From Pirellulales bacterium (GTDB taxonomy: Bacteria; Planctomycetota; Planctomycetia; Pirellulales; JAICIG01), in NCBI GenBank assembly GCA_040901675.1, contig JBBDYJ010000025.1:63943-127942 (forward strand): a DNA stretch of 64,000 nt, in the 5' to 3' direction. A program made the position numbers and the translations under genes. The stretch's first letter is position 1. The number at the start of each line of letters is the position of its first letter. This document shows positions 28,980 to 41,044 of the stretch, piece by piece. The notes below the pieces were generated by a model that saw only the letters and a list, made by a program, of their open reading frames with translations, did not search any database and had not been told where the DNA came from.

Positions 28980-29657
28980 ATGGGAATCTTCAAGCGCATC
29001 TCGGATATTATCTCCGCAAACCTCAACGAGTTGACGGACGGATTAGAAGACCCGGAAAAGATGCTCAGGCAGGCCGTTCGCGAGATGGAGCAGGCGATCG
29101 CGGACGCCACCCAGCAGACTGCCAAAGCCATGGCCAACGAGAGAACAATGGCGCGCGAGCTGGATCGCAACCGGCAGCAGGTGAAACAATGGCAAGTTCG
29201 CGCCGAAAACGCGGTGGAGTCGGGCGACGACGAATCGGCGAAGAAGGCGTTGTCGCGAAAGCATGAGCATGAGAAGCTAGCCGTGGCGCTGGACGACCAA
29301 CTGGAATCGGCCCGCGAGGCGTGCCGGGCGCTCCGGTGCCAACTGGACGGCATGAAGGCCAAGATGGCCGAAGCACGGCGCAACCTGACAACGCTTTCCA
29401 CGAGGAAGCGTGCGGCGGATTTCCGCAACAAAATGGCAACTCCGGCCAACGCGTTTTCAGTTGACGTGGATGACAACGCCTTCGCCAAGTTCGACCGCCT
29501 AAGGGATCGAGTCGAGCGAGCCGAAGCCGAGGCCCAAGCGCTCGCGGAGTTGCGCTCCGGCGCGACTCGTGAGACGTCCCTGGACGACGACACGGCCGAT
29601 GAGCAGGCTGAGTTGGTTGTCGAGCTGGCAGAACTCAAGCGCCGGCTCAAGAAGTAA
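28980..29657 (+). CDS. pspA: PspA/IM30 family protein
   Basis: MGIFKRISDIISANLN..EDPEKML.Q.VREM; A.KAL.RK; F.KFDRL..RVE..EA; ELAELK C-terminus. Confidence 0.93.
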   Translation: MGIFKRISDIISANLNELTDGLEDPEKMLRQAVREMEQAIADATQQTAKAMANERTMARELDRNRQQVKQWQVRAENAVESGDDESAKKALSRKHEHEKLAVALDDQLESAREACRALRCQLDGMKAKMAEARRNLTTLSTRKRAADFRNKMATPANAFSVDVDDNAFAKFDRLRDRVERAEAEAQALAELRSGATRETSLDDDTADEQAELVVELAELKRRLKK

Positions 29658-29687
29658 TAACGCGGCCTCGGTTGCGGAGGCGATGCA

Positions 29688-32600
29688 ATGCCCCACCTGG
29701 ACGATCCCCGGCGCCTGTCCGAGTTGCTCGCGGCGGGACCGTGGGACTTGAAGCAAAGCCTGCTGCTGGTGCGCCGGCTAGCCGTGGCCGTGCAGACCCT
29801 GCACGAAAGCGGCCAACTGCACCGGGCCGTGGATGCAGACCACGTGTTGATCGATGCGCGGGGTCTGAGCAGGCTCGAACGACCGCCCAGATTGCGGCGC
29901 TTCGGTGGCGACCAGTTCGATCCTGACGTATGTCCACCCGAGTTGGCCGGCAGGCCGGTTTTCGAGGTGCCCTGCGAGCTTGCACTGGCCGCGACATTGC
30001 TCGAGACGCGCGGCTGCACCAACCCAAAACGGATCGACGTGTACCAGCTTGGCACGCTCTTTTGCCGCTTGCTGACCGGCAACTCCGTTCGACGGTACCT
30101 TTATAGCCCCACAATCAAGGGCGCCGTTCCGTCAGGTGCCCGCTGCGTTCTCGACCAGGCTTTGGCTTTTGACACTCAGACGCGCTTTCAGGACTGCGCG
30201 CAGATGGCGGCCGCCATTGAGGCACTCCTTGAGGCTGAGGCCGCCCGGCTGCAGCGCGGCGCTGAGACCGTCGCGGCCGCGACGGACGATGCCATGCCCT
30301 CGAGCATCATCCCGCGAGCAGAGCTGGAAGCTGCCTGCTCGGCCGCGAGCGCCGAAGCGGGCCGCGGGACACCGGATCGATCGGCCGCGCCATTTGGGGG
30401 CCAGCCAGACCCGCCGTTCTCGCGCTTGGGGACGTGCCGGGTCCTGGAGCGGCTTGGTCGTGGCGGAATGGGAGATGTCTTCAAGGCGTACGACGACTCG
30501 CTGGGGCGAACCGTGGCGATCAAGGCGCTGCCCCCCGAACTGGCGAGGCATCCTGAGTTCGTGGCTCGTTTCCAGGTGGAAGCCAGCGCGGTCGCCAAAC
30601 TCATGCATCCCAACGTCGTGCAAATCTACTCGATCGGCGAAGAGCAGGGCCACCACTTCTTCGTGATGCAGTTCGTGGAAGGTGAATCCTTGGCGGCACG
30701 GCTGGCACGCGACGGGCGGCTCAAGACGCGTGATGCCGTCGCCATCGCCGAGCAGTGCCTCAGCGGCCTGGTGGCAGCCCACGACGAAGGCCTGGTACAC
30801 CGCGACATCAAGCCGGCCAACGTCTTGTTGGAACGCAAGACCGGGCGGGCGCTGCTGGCCGACTTTGGCTTGGTCAAGGCCGCCAGTCAAAGCGCGCGGC
30901 ACACGGCCACCGGCGTAATCATGGGCACAGTCGATTACATCTCGCCGGAGCAGGGGCGTGGGCTGGCCGTCGATGGCCGCAGCGATCTCTACTCACTCGG
31001 TGTCATGCTCTACGAGATGCTAACCGGTAGGTCGCCATTCCAGTCTCAGACGCCCACGGGGATGATCTTCCAGCACGCTTACGAGGAACCTCGCCCCCTG
31101 CGCGACGTGGCGCCCTGCGTGCCGGCCGAACTGGAAGCGATCGTCGGCAAATTGATGAAAAAGCTTCCCGAGCAGCGGTACCAAACGGCTGGCGAGGCTC
31201 TGTTGGATCTGGCGGCCTTTCGCCGCGGTTCCCACGAGTCGGCGGCGTTGGCCGTCGAACGCGCCAGCGTAGTGATTACGCCGCCGCCGGACTTGGTAAA
31301 CGAGCCGGCCATGCCGGCGGGTTGGGCTCAAGTGCCGCGGCGCTGGCCGGCGTGGCGGAGCCGGCTGCTGACCTGGTTCGAGCGCTGGGCGCCCGCAGCG
31401 CTCCAGGAATTGCGCAGTACGAGCCAACAGGTGGATGGGGCGATAGTGATATACCAGCAGCGGACGGAACGGCTGCGGCAATTCCTGGTGGAAGCGCAGG
31501 CCGTAGCGGCGGAGTTGGGGTCGCAGATCGAGTTGAACGTCGAAGGGGCGATGGCGGCGATGCGCCGCGCTGAGGCGGCCACGAGCGAAGAGGAAGAAAA
31601 GGCGGCATTGGAGGAAAAGCACGGCTGCGAAGAGAACATGGCAGGGCTAAAGATCCAATGTGAGCAACAGAAGCACGAAATCTCGGCCATGGAAAAAAAC
31701 CTGAATCTGGCCGAGACTCGGCTGGCTGAGTTGCAAAGCCATCGCGAACTGTTGCACGCGCGCCTGAAAACAGCCCAGGCCCGCCTGCGGCTGGCGGGAT
31801 CACACTTGCCTGCCAGGCGCATCTGGCGAAGGCCGATCGTAGCCGGCGCCGTCTCAGGTGCCGCCCTTCTGGGCCTTGCGTGTATCGTGGTGGTGAGCCG
31901 AACGCGCGCGGACGTCCTGAGCACCTTAGCGGTCGGGGATTCGATTCAACTCGAAGGACACACGGACCTGGTCATGAAGGTTGCGTTTTCTCCGGGCATG
32001 GACTCCGCGATAACCGCCAGCTATGACCAAAGCGTGTGCATGTGGGGCTTGCCCTCGGGCGAGCGGCTCTATTGCCGGCTTCACGAAGGGGTCGTCTGGG
32101 GCGCGGCCTATTCGCCTGTCGACGAGGTGTTTGTGTCCGGGGCTGCGGATGGGGCCATTCATCTTTGGAACATCAAGAGCGGTGCCGAGCTGCGCTCGTT
32201 CGTCGGGCACACAGCAAAGATCGCAAATATGCGGTTCTCTCCGGACGGTAGCCAGCTTGTCTCATCCAGCGAGGATTCAACCGTCCGGATCTGGGACGTG
32301 GCAGCCGGGACCCAACGGCGCGCATTTCATGCCCCGGGGACACAGTGGGATGTGGCCTTCTTGCCCGACGGCAACCGGGTAGTTTCGTGCGGCGGCGACG
32401 CCGTGCTGCGCATCTGGGACGTCGCTGCCGGACGACAGGCAGCGGAATTTGCTTCAGGCGACATCGTTGGACTTGCCTCCCTCGTCCTGGTCGACAAGGG
32501 ACGCCGCGCAGTCGTTGGTACGGCCGGTAACGACATGCTGATTTTCGACCTTACCATGCCGGGCAAGCCGCCAGAACGCCTTCGGGGGCATACCGCAAGT

Positions 32601-32816
32601 TTCGTCCGAGTGGCCGCCTCGGCCGATGCAAGCCGCGTCATCTCCGGCAGCGCGGATGGGACGATTCGTGTGTGGGACCTCGACATGACGAAACAAACCG
32701 CTGTGCTTCAGGGTCCGCGCGGCGTTCAATCCATCGCGATCTCTCCCGATGGACAATTTGCCATCACGGGCCACCCGGATGGTGCCGTGCAGTTGTGGCG
32801 ATTGCCGAAGCCGTAA
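29688..32816 (+). CDS. Hanks-type Ser/Thr kinase: pseudokinase - kinase - PspA-like coiled coil - TM - WD40
   Basis: LGRGGMG, VAIK, HRDIKPAN, DFG, GT..YISPE, SDLYSLG; TM at about 31836-31895; about 7 GH..WD repeats. Confidence 0.9.
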   Translation: MPHLDDPRRLSELLAAGPWDLKQSLLLVRRLAVAVQTLHESGQLHRAVDADHVLIDARGLSRLERPPRLRRFGGDQFDPDVCPPELAGRPVFEVPCELALAATLLETRGCTNPKRIDVYQLGTLFCRLLTGNSVRRYLYSPTIKGAVPSGARCVLDQALAFDTQTRFQDCAQMAAAIEALLEAEAARLQRGAETVAAATDDAMPSSIIPRAELEAACSAASAEAGRGTPDRSAAPFGGQPDPPFSRLGTCRVLERLGRGGMGDVFKAYDDSLGRTVAIKALPPELARHPEFVARFQVEASAVAKLMHPNVVQIYSIGEEQGHHFFVMQFVEGESLAARLARDGRLKTRDAVAIAEQCLSGLVAAHDEGLVHRDIKPANVLLERKTGRALLADFGLVKAASQSARHTATGVIMGTVDYISPEQGRGLAVDGRSDLYSLGVMLYEMLTGRSPFQSQTPTGMIFQHAYEEPRPLRDVAPCVPAELEAIVGKLMKKLPEQRYQTAGEALLDLAAFRRGSHESAALAVERASVVITPPPDLVNEPAMPAGWAQVPRRWPAWRSRLLTWFERWAPAALQELRSTSQQVDGAIVIYQQRTERLRQFLVEAQAVAAELGSQIELNVEGAMAAMRRAEAATSEEEEKAALEEKHGCEENMAGLKIQCEQQKHEISAMEKNLNLAETRLAELQSHRELLHARLKTAQARLRLAGSHLPARRIWRRPIVAGAVSGAALLGLACIVVVSRTRADVLSTLAVGDSIQLEGHTDLVMKVAFSPGMDSAITASYDQSVCMWGLPSGERLYCRLHEGVVWGAAYSPVDEVFVSGAADGAIHLWNIKSGAELRSFVGHTAKIANMRFSPDGSQLVSSSEDSTVRIWDVAAGTQRRAFHAPGTQWDVAFLPDGNRVVSCGGDAVLRIWDVAAGRQAAEFASGDIVGLASLVLVDKGRRAVVGTAGNDMLIFDLTMPGKPPERLRGHTASFVRVAASADASRVISGSADGTIRVWDLDMTKQTAVLQGPRGVQSIAISPDGQFAITGHPDGAVQLWRLPKP

Positions 32817-32843
32817 TTCGATGCCTGGCGCCGCGCGACAGCC

Positions 32844-32941
32844 ACCTCACGCGGAGCGTGAGGGCTACTTTGGGGCGAGCCACCTCACGTCCCGGACTTC
32901 GGCGAGCTCAGTCGAGCCGCGCGCCGGGATGAGGGCTACTT
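32844..32941. repeat. Two family D REPs, the second with the nested 25-bp module
   Basis: Compared directly with the empty copy at 21280-21311. Confidence 0.8.
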
Positions 32942-32948
32942 GAACGCC

Positions 32949-35012
<2,064 letters not shown>

Positions 35013-35017
35013 CGCTT

Positions 35018-35128
35018 CCTTCCTTGCTAGCTGAATTCACCATAATTCAGGAGTCCTTCCTTGCCGTAGCTGAATTCGCCATAATTCAGGCGCCCTTCCT
35101 GCCGTAGCTGAATTCGCCAGAATTCAGG
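35018..35128. repeat. Three tandem family A REP units (GTAGCTGAATTCGCCA(T/G)AATTCAGG)
   Basis: About 38-bp period, immediately upstream of uvrB. Confidence 0.85.
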
Positions 35129-35350
35129 CGCCGGCGTCTCTTGCAACCGCCTGGACGCGGCGGCCAATCCCTCAGCATACGCCCCGCCTGCCAAGCTGCC
35201 TATGGGAGCGCCCCGCGCCGGGGGGAGAGCGTGAATTGCTTTTGCCTGTGCCGACACGATATAGTGAGGCAAGCTCTCAAATCTTTCCCAACCGCGATTC
35301 TGTCACGCGAAAAACCACCCCGACTCAAAAACCAGCCTCCCAGGATACCG

Positions 35351-37528
35351 GTGCCTTCACTACGATTTGCTCTTCTGATTGGTTGTTGCTGGCTGGCCGG
35401 GACGGCCGGTCCACTCGGGGCACACGAACTGCACGGCTGGCAGGGCATGCGCGTCATCAGCCAGGAGGGAAACCCCGGCCGGCTGCTGGCAGCCGACCTC
35501 GAAGGCTATGGCCGCGACCATTTGATCGTGGTCAACACCCGCATGTCGCGGCTCGACCTGTATCGCTGGCTGCCGGCCGACCAGCGCGGTGAACCGGCCG
35601 CCGGCGATCCCCAGCGGCCCAACGAGCTGCCGATGGCTCCCGACTGGCACCGTTCCGAGCTTCCGCTGGACGAATTGCCCCTCGACGTGGCGATCCAGGA
35701 CCTCAACGGCGACAACACACCCGAGTTGGTCGTGCTCAGCAGTCCTTCCAACAAGGTTCTGGCTTACGAGCGTGAAGGGCCGGACAAGTGGCGCAAAACG
35801 ACCACCTGGGACCTGCTGCCCGGCAACCCGGCCGGCAGAACGATGCTCCTAGTCCGGCAGTTGCCCGATTCGAAGTTCGAGCTGTTGATCAGCCTCGACC
35901 AGGGTATCCAGACCTTGCGGCTGGAGCCGGGCAGCCGGCCCGGCTGGCTCAGCCCCCGCGAGGGACGCGGCCGGCTGGATATGAAGCTGTTGGATCTCGA
36001 CGGCGACGGCGACCTGGACGTGGTCGAGTGGTCGAGCCAGGCACGGCAGACCATCCGCTGGTTCGAGTGTCGCGACGGCAAGCTGCTGCCCGCCCAAGTG
36101 CTCTTCGATCAAGCCGTGCAGGGCATCGAGGCGCTGGCGATCGCCAGCCAGCCGGCCGAGCTGCTGTTGCTGGGAGGGCCTCAGCAAGGCCTGCTCCGCC
36201 GCTACACGCTCGCGCGCGGCGAGCAGCGCGACCTGGGCCGCCAGGAGTCGCTTCCCATGGCCGGCGGCGCCAGCGCGGTCTGGTGCGGGATGATGCTGGG
36301 CGAGCGGCCGGCATTGATCGCAGCCGACCCTTCTCAGCCTCGGCTGCGAGTCCAGGCGTTGGGCGATTCGGGCTGGCTGGACGAGCAGAGCTTTCCCAGC
36401 ATCGGCAACTTGCGGGCGCTGGCGGCGGTGCAGGCGCAGCCCGGCAAGCTGTTGTTGTGGGCCAAGGATGCGTCCGACCTTTACCAGAGCAGTTGGGAGT
36501 CGGGACGCCTCACCTATCCCGAACCTTTTCCGCAGTCGGCCGACGTCAAGGACCGCCGCATCCTGGCCCTGGAGAGCGTCGGCGGCAGCACCTGGTGGAC
36601 GCAACGGGTAGGCGACGCCATCGACTTGTACGTCTGGAAGCCCGGCGAAGCCACGCCCACGCAGACCCGCTTTGCCGGCCTGGGCGCCAAGGTCGAGCGG
36701 GCCAGGTGGCTCGGCGGCCAGCGGCTGTTGATCCAGGACGCCTATTCGCAGGGGGCCAGGCTGGTTCAATTGGCCGACGGCAACGTATCGGTGACGGAGC
36801 CGTCGCACCTCGCCAGGCTGGAGTTTTCCGAGTTCGTGCTGTTGAACCACCAGGGGCAACCCAGGCCGGGCCGCCTCTCGAACGGAGTTCTCGAGTGGTT
36901 GGGCGACGACCTGCACAGCGTGGACCAGGTGATGCTCTCGGAGGGTCAGCGGCTGGCGAGCTTTGTGCCTGTCGATGATGGCAGCGCCTGGGCCTTGGAG
37001 CAGGGGGGCGGTTTCCTGCACCGTCTCAAGCCCGACGAGGGAGGTGTGCTGCGCGAAGCCGAGAGCACCCGGCTGGCCAGCGGGCTGTCGATCACGCTCG
37101 ACCCGGTGCTGGGCCTGGTATTGGTCGACCAGGACCGCGTGATGCGTCTCAGCGCCGGGCAGCCCTGGGAACTCAAGCTGCTCGACAGCCTCGACAGCCG
37201 GGTGGGACGCCCCAGCGGCGTCAAGGAAGCCACGATCCACCGGTTCATGACGACCGACGCGGACGCCGACGGCTTGAACGACGTGATTCTCAGTGACGAC
37301 CTGCGGCATCAATTGACCATCCTGGGACGTACCGACGAGGGGCTCAAGCCGCTGATCTCGTGGCCGGTGTTCGAGGACCAAAGTTATCCCTACGGCGGCG
37401 TGCAGCAGACCCAGGTCAGCGAGCCGCGGGCGGTCCTCGGGCTGAATGCCGATGGCGACGCCTATCGCGATCTGGCGATGCTGTGCCATGACCGATTGTT
37501 GATTTACATGGCACGGGAGACTCCGTGA
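35351..37528 (+). CDS. Secreted FG-GAP/VCBS-repeat protein
   Basis: Signal peptide; DLNGDNTPE, DLDGDGDLD, DADADGLND and NADGDAYRD Ca-binding loops. Start approximate. Confidence 0.8.
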   Translation: MPSLRFALLIGCCWLAGTAGPLGAHELHGWQGMRVISQEGNPGRLLAADLEGYGRDHLIVVNTRMSRLDLYRWLPADQRGEPAAGDPQRPNELPMAPDWHRSELPLDELPLDVAIQDLNGDNTPELVVLSSPSNKVLAYEREGPDKWRKTTTWDLLPGNPAGRTMLLVRQLPDSKFELLISLDQGIQTLRLEPGSRPGWLSPREGRGRLDMKLLDLDGDGDLDVVEWSSQARQTIRWFECRDGKLLPAQVLFDQAVQGIEALAIASQPAELLLLGGPQQGLLRRYTLARGEQRDLGRQESLPMAGGASAVWCGMMLGERPALIAADPSQPRLRVQALGDSGWLDEQSFPSIGNLRALAAVQAQPGKLLLWAKDASDLYQSSWESGRLTYPEPFPQSADVKDRRILALESVGGSTWWTQRVGDAIDLYVWKPGEATPTQTRFAGLGAKVERARWLGGQRLLIQDAYSQGARLVQLADGNVSVTEPSHLARLEFSEFVLLNHQGQPRPGRLSNGVLEWLGDDLHSVDQVMLSEGQRLASFVPVDDGSAWALEQGGGFLHRLKPDEGGVLREAESTRLASGLSITLDPVLGLVLVDQDRVMRLSAGQPWELKLLDSLDSRVGRPSGVKEATIHRFMTTDADADGLNDVILSDDLRHQLTILGRTDEGLKPLISWPVFEDQSYPYGGVQQTQVSEPRAVLGLNADGDAYRDLAMLCHDRLLIYMARETP

Positions 37529-38661
37529 TGCGCTTTGTTTTGATCAGCCTGTTGTGCCTGCTGTTGTGCCTGGTTGTGTCCGCGGCGGCCCGCGCCGACG
37601 ACGAGGTGCCCGGCCAGGCTCCCGGCGGCGACGTTTCCGGCGAAAAGGCCGAAGATGCCGCTGACGGCGAAGCCGGCATCACTTCCGGAACCACGACGGT
37701 ATCCGTGGCCGAAGGCCCCACCAACCGGGTCACCGTCACGCTGGTCGGCGGAGCGAAGGTGTCGGCCACGCTGCTGCGCGAGAACAACGAGGGGGTCGTG
37801 CTCGACTTGGGATATGAAGTGTTGCACGTGCCTCGGCGGCGCGTTTTGGACGTCGCTCGCGACGAGGCGGCCCACCAGGTCGAGTCGAGCCAGGAGCACG
37901 ACGTGTTTCGCACGGGCCGCCTGGAGCCGGCCGACGTGCCGCAGCTCGTCAAGCGGCATGGCGACGCGGTGCTGGTCATCAAGAGTCCCGCCGGCATGGG
38001 CAGCGGCTTCATCATCAGCGAGCAGGGTCACCTCATCACCAACTATCACGTGGTCGAGGGGCAGACGAAGATCCAGATCACGCTGTTTCGCCACACGAGC
38101 CAGGGCTATGAACGCCAGGAGCTGAAGAAGGTGCGCATCCTGGCATTGCACCCGCTGCGCGACCTGGCGCTGTTGCAGTTGGATATCGAGGAGCTCAGCG
38201 GCCCGCTCCCGGAGCCGCTGGTGATCAACGACCGCGACGACGTGGGCGTGGGCGACCTGGTGTTCGCCATCGGCAGCCCGCTGGGGCTGGAGCGTTCGGT
38301 GACCCAAGGCATCGTCAGCTCGGCCACGCGGACCATGGGGCATCTGCGGTTGATCCAGACCGACGCTTCGATCAATCCGGGCAACAGCGGCGGACCGATG
38401 TTCAATGCCCGGGGCGAGGTGGTGGGGGTGGTCTGCGCCGGCGCCACGTTTTTCGACGGCCTGGCCTTCGGCATCCCGGCCGACGACCTGGTCGATTTCC
38501 TCAAGCATCGCGAAAGCTACCTGTACGATGCTTCGCAGCCGCTCAACGGGGTGACGTATCTCGAACCGCCCTTTAAGTCTCCTTCGCCCGGCGAGCAGCC
38601 CTCGCCGCCGGCTCCACTGGCAGCCGGCGCCGGCGAAGCGGAAAACCCAACCGCGGAATAG
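37528..38661 (+). CDS. Trypsin-like (S1C/HtrA-type) serine protease without a PDZ domain
   Basis: GSGFII, TNYHVV, DLALL, INPGNSGGP. TGATG coupling to the upstream gene. Confidence 0.92.
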   Translation: MRFVLISLLCLLLCLVVSAAARADDEVPGQAPGGDVSGEKAEDAADGEAGITSGTTTVSVAEGPTNRVTVTLVGGAKVSATLLRENNEGVVLDLGYEVLHVPRRRVLDVARDEAAHQVESSQEHDVFRTGRLEPADVPQLVKRHGDAVLVIKSPAGMGSGFIISEQGHLITNYHVVEGQTKIQITLFRHTSQGYERQELKKVRILALHPLRDLALLQLDIEELSGPLPEPLVINDRDDVGVGDLVFAIGSPLGLERSVTQGIVSSATRTMGHLRLIQTDASINPGNSGGPMFNARGEVVGVVCAGATFFDGLAFGIPADDLVDFLKHRESYLYDASQPLNGVTYLEPPFKSPSPGEQPSPPAPLAAGAGEAENPTAE

Positions 38662-38737
38662 TATCAGCACGATCTACTTCTCACGCCCCGGCGACGTGAC
38701 GTTCCCGGCGCACACTCCATAGGATCAACCCAACATC

Positions 38738-40825
38738 ATGAACGCCATCCAACGGGTCGTCGGCCGGGTCGCTTTGTCCATCACTCGGCTTTGGCACGCC
38801 GCCGGCAGGGGCCGATCGGCCTTTTTTCTGGCCTTGGCCGTCGCCTGCACGTCGCCACTCGTCGCCGCCGAGCTGCCCCCGTCGGTGGCAGCGCTCCCCT
38901 CCGAGACCATGCTGGTGGCTCGCATCCCGGGCGGTCAGGCATTCCTCGACGCGCTGCGCAGCCAGACCAGGTTGGGAAAGGTGGTCTTCGGCCCGGAGCG
39001 CATCCAGCGGATATCCGACTACCTCGGCTCCGAAGGCACGCTGCCCGACGAGCTGCACCAGGGCCTGCGACGATACAACTTGAAGCCCGCTGACCTGGCC
39101 CAGGTCTTCCAGGGCGAGTTGGGCTTCGCCGGGGTGGCCCTGCCGCGCGGCGACCGCGAACCGCTCTTCGTCGGTCTTTCCTGGCTCGAGCCCGGAGAAG
39201 AACTGGCCGATCGCCTGGTGAAGGCGGTTCAATCCGCAGTCGCGGAAACGAGCGACAACGAACATCCGATCCGTCGCATCGACCTGTCGCTCGCCGGCCA
39301 CGACGTCATGCACCTCACGTTTCCCCAGATCGATACCGAGGACGTCGATACCGACGTGCCCGATAACGTCGACGAGTTCACCGAAGAGCAGTTGAAGCGG
39401 TTCTTCGTGGAACAGGCCCGCAAGCAGGCCGAAGCCAAGCCAATGGAAGTCGATCAGGTCCATTTATTCATCGCTCGCCTGGACGGCCGCCTGCTGTTGG
39501 CCAATACGTTTCCGCAGTCGGCTTCCCGGACCCAGGCCGCCGGGGCCGGCAACGTCGACCTGGCCGCCATCAGCGGAGCCGAGCCGGCCACCGGCGTCTT
39601 CGCCCGTTTTCTGGCTGCCCACGATGCGCCGGCCGCCCCACCGGGCTCGGCCCTGTTGAGCCAGGCCAACCTCGAAGGCCTGCTGCCCGGTGGCACGCCC
39701 CTGGTGGAGGCGGTGCTCGACCCCAGGCCGCTCGTGAAGTTGGCTGCATCCAACCCGCTGGGGCCCGGCCTGCTGACGGCGCTGGGCGTCGACACGTTGG
39801 GACCAGTCGGCCTGCGCGGCGTGCTAGACGGCAACCAACTCAAGTATGTGTTCGCGCTCTCGGCGCCGGCCCCGCGCAGCGGCGTGCTGGCGCTGTTGGA
39901 CCAGCAGCCGCTGGACCCGCAGCCGCCCGATTGGGTCCCCGCCTCGGTGACGCAGTTCCAGCAAATCAGCTTCGACCTGGGCAAGGCTTACACCCAGATC
40001 AGGGAACTGGTGGTGCGGCAAATTGGAGATCCGGCCCGGATGCAGTTCGACATGGTCGACGCGCAGGTCCAGAATTCACTCCAGGCCGACCTGGCCACCG
40101 TGCTGTCGTCGCTCGGCCACCAACACACGTTCTTGACATTCGCGCCCAAGCCGGCCCCGGCCGCGCCGGCCGCCGGCGACATCGGTGCCATGTTCGCCGC
40201 AACCTTCACCGAGCGGGTCGGTATGGTGTGGCAGGTCCGCGACGAGCAGCTCTGGCGGCGGCTGATCAAGCTGATCGCCGACTTCGCACCTCTGACCCAA
40301 GGTGCCGTGCTTCCCGCCGAGGAGCAAGGCTTTACCGGCGTGAGAGTGCAAGGACCGATTGAAGGCGGACTGTTCGTCGCAAACGCAACGCTCGTCCTGG
40401 GGATCGGAAGCGAAGTCACCGAGTCGCTGCTGGCCACGCTGCGCAACCCACCCGGAGGCACCGCCGCGCTCGGCAACAGCGAGCTATTCCGCCGCGCCCA
40501 GGCGCTGTTGGCCTTGCGGCCTTGCTTCGAATACAACCTCACCGATGCCAAGGGCGAGCCCAAGAAGCTGAAGGACCTGGTGCTGAGCTTTTTCGAAGCC
40601 CAGGTCAATCTGTTGGATGAGTACGGGGTCGATGACGAGGACGAGGCCGGCGAAGACGGTGGACAGGCGGCCCTGGCCGCCCAGAAGGCCAGGCTCGAGC
40701 GGATCCGCGAACTTCTGCCGACCGATGACGAGCTGGAAGGCTTGATGGGCGTCGGCGTCGGTATGACCACGGTCGATGGCCGCGGCATGGTCAGTCACAG
40801 CGTGCTCGAGCTACCCGCCCCCTGA
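38738..40825 (+). CDS. Secreted hypothetical protein (possibly DUF3352-like)
   Basis: Long ORF with typical codon usage and a signal peptide. The family is a guess. Confidence 0.7.
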   Translation: MNAIQRVVGRVALSITRLWHAAGRGRSAFFLALAVACTSPLVAAELPPSVAALPSETMLVARIPGGQAFLDALRSQTRLGKVVFGPERIQRISDYLGSEGTLPDELHQGLRRYNLKPADLAQVFQGELGFAGVALPRGDREPLFVGLSWLEPGEELADRLVKAVQSAVAETSDNEHPIRRIDLSLAGHDVMHLTFPQIDTEDVDTDVPDNVDEFTEEQLKRFFVEQARKQAEAKPMEVDQVHLFIARLDGRLLLANTFPQSASRTQAAGAGNVDLAAISGAEPATGVFARFLAAHDAPAAPPGSALLSQANLEGLLPGGTPLVEAVLDPRPLVKLAASNPLGPGLLTALGVDTLGPVGLRGVLDGNQLKYVFALSAPAPRSGVLALLDQQPLDPQPPDWVPASVTQFQQISFDLGKAYTQIRELVVRQIGDPARMQFDMVDAQVQNSLQADLATVLSSLGHQHTFLTFAPKPAPAAPAAGDIGAMFAATFTERVGMVWQVRDEQLWRRLIKLIADFAPLTQGAVLPAEEQGFTGVRVQGPIEGGLFVANATLVLGIGSEVTESLLATLRNPPGGTAALGNSELFRRAQALLALRPCFEYNLTDAKGEPKKLKDLVLSFFEAQVNLLDEYGVDDEDEAGEDGGQAALAAQKARLERIRELLPTDDELEGLMGVGVGMTTVDGRGMVSHSVLELPAP

Positions 40826-41044
40826 GATTGCCGCCGGCCTTACGTAGTGCCACTGCTTGGAGGTCCCGGCGTGCCGGGACCGAGAAGCAGTGTTCCGGCC
40901 GCTCTGCGGATTGTCTGCCCTCGTTCCCGGGCCCTGGCAAAGGGCCTGGAGCCCTGGCGCCGACGCCCATTGGCACCGTAGTTGCACCGGCGATAGAGCC
41001 ACGAGCGGTGATGGTTGCCGCGCGACCACCAGGCGTTTCGACCA

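Noticed and set aside
35018..35128. CRISPR-like triple repeat
   Set aside because: Spacers are too short and too alike; it is the same REP-A family.
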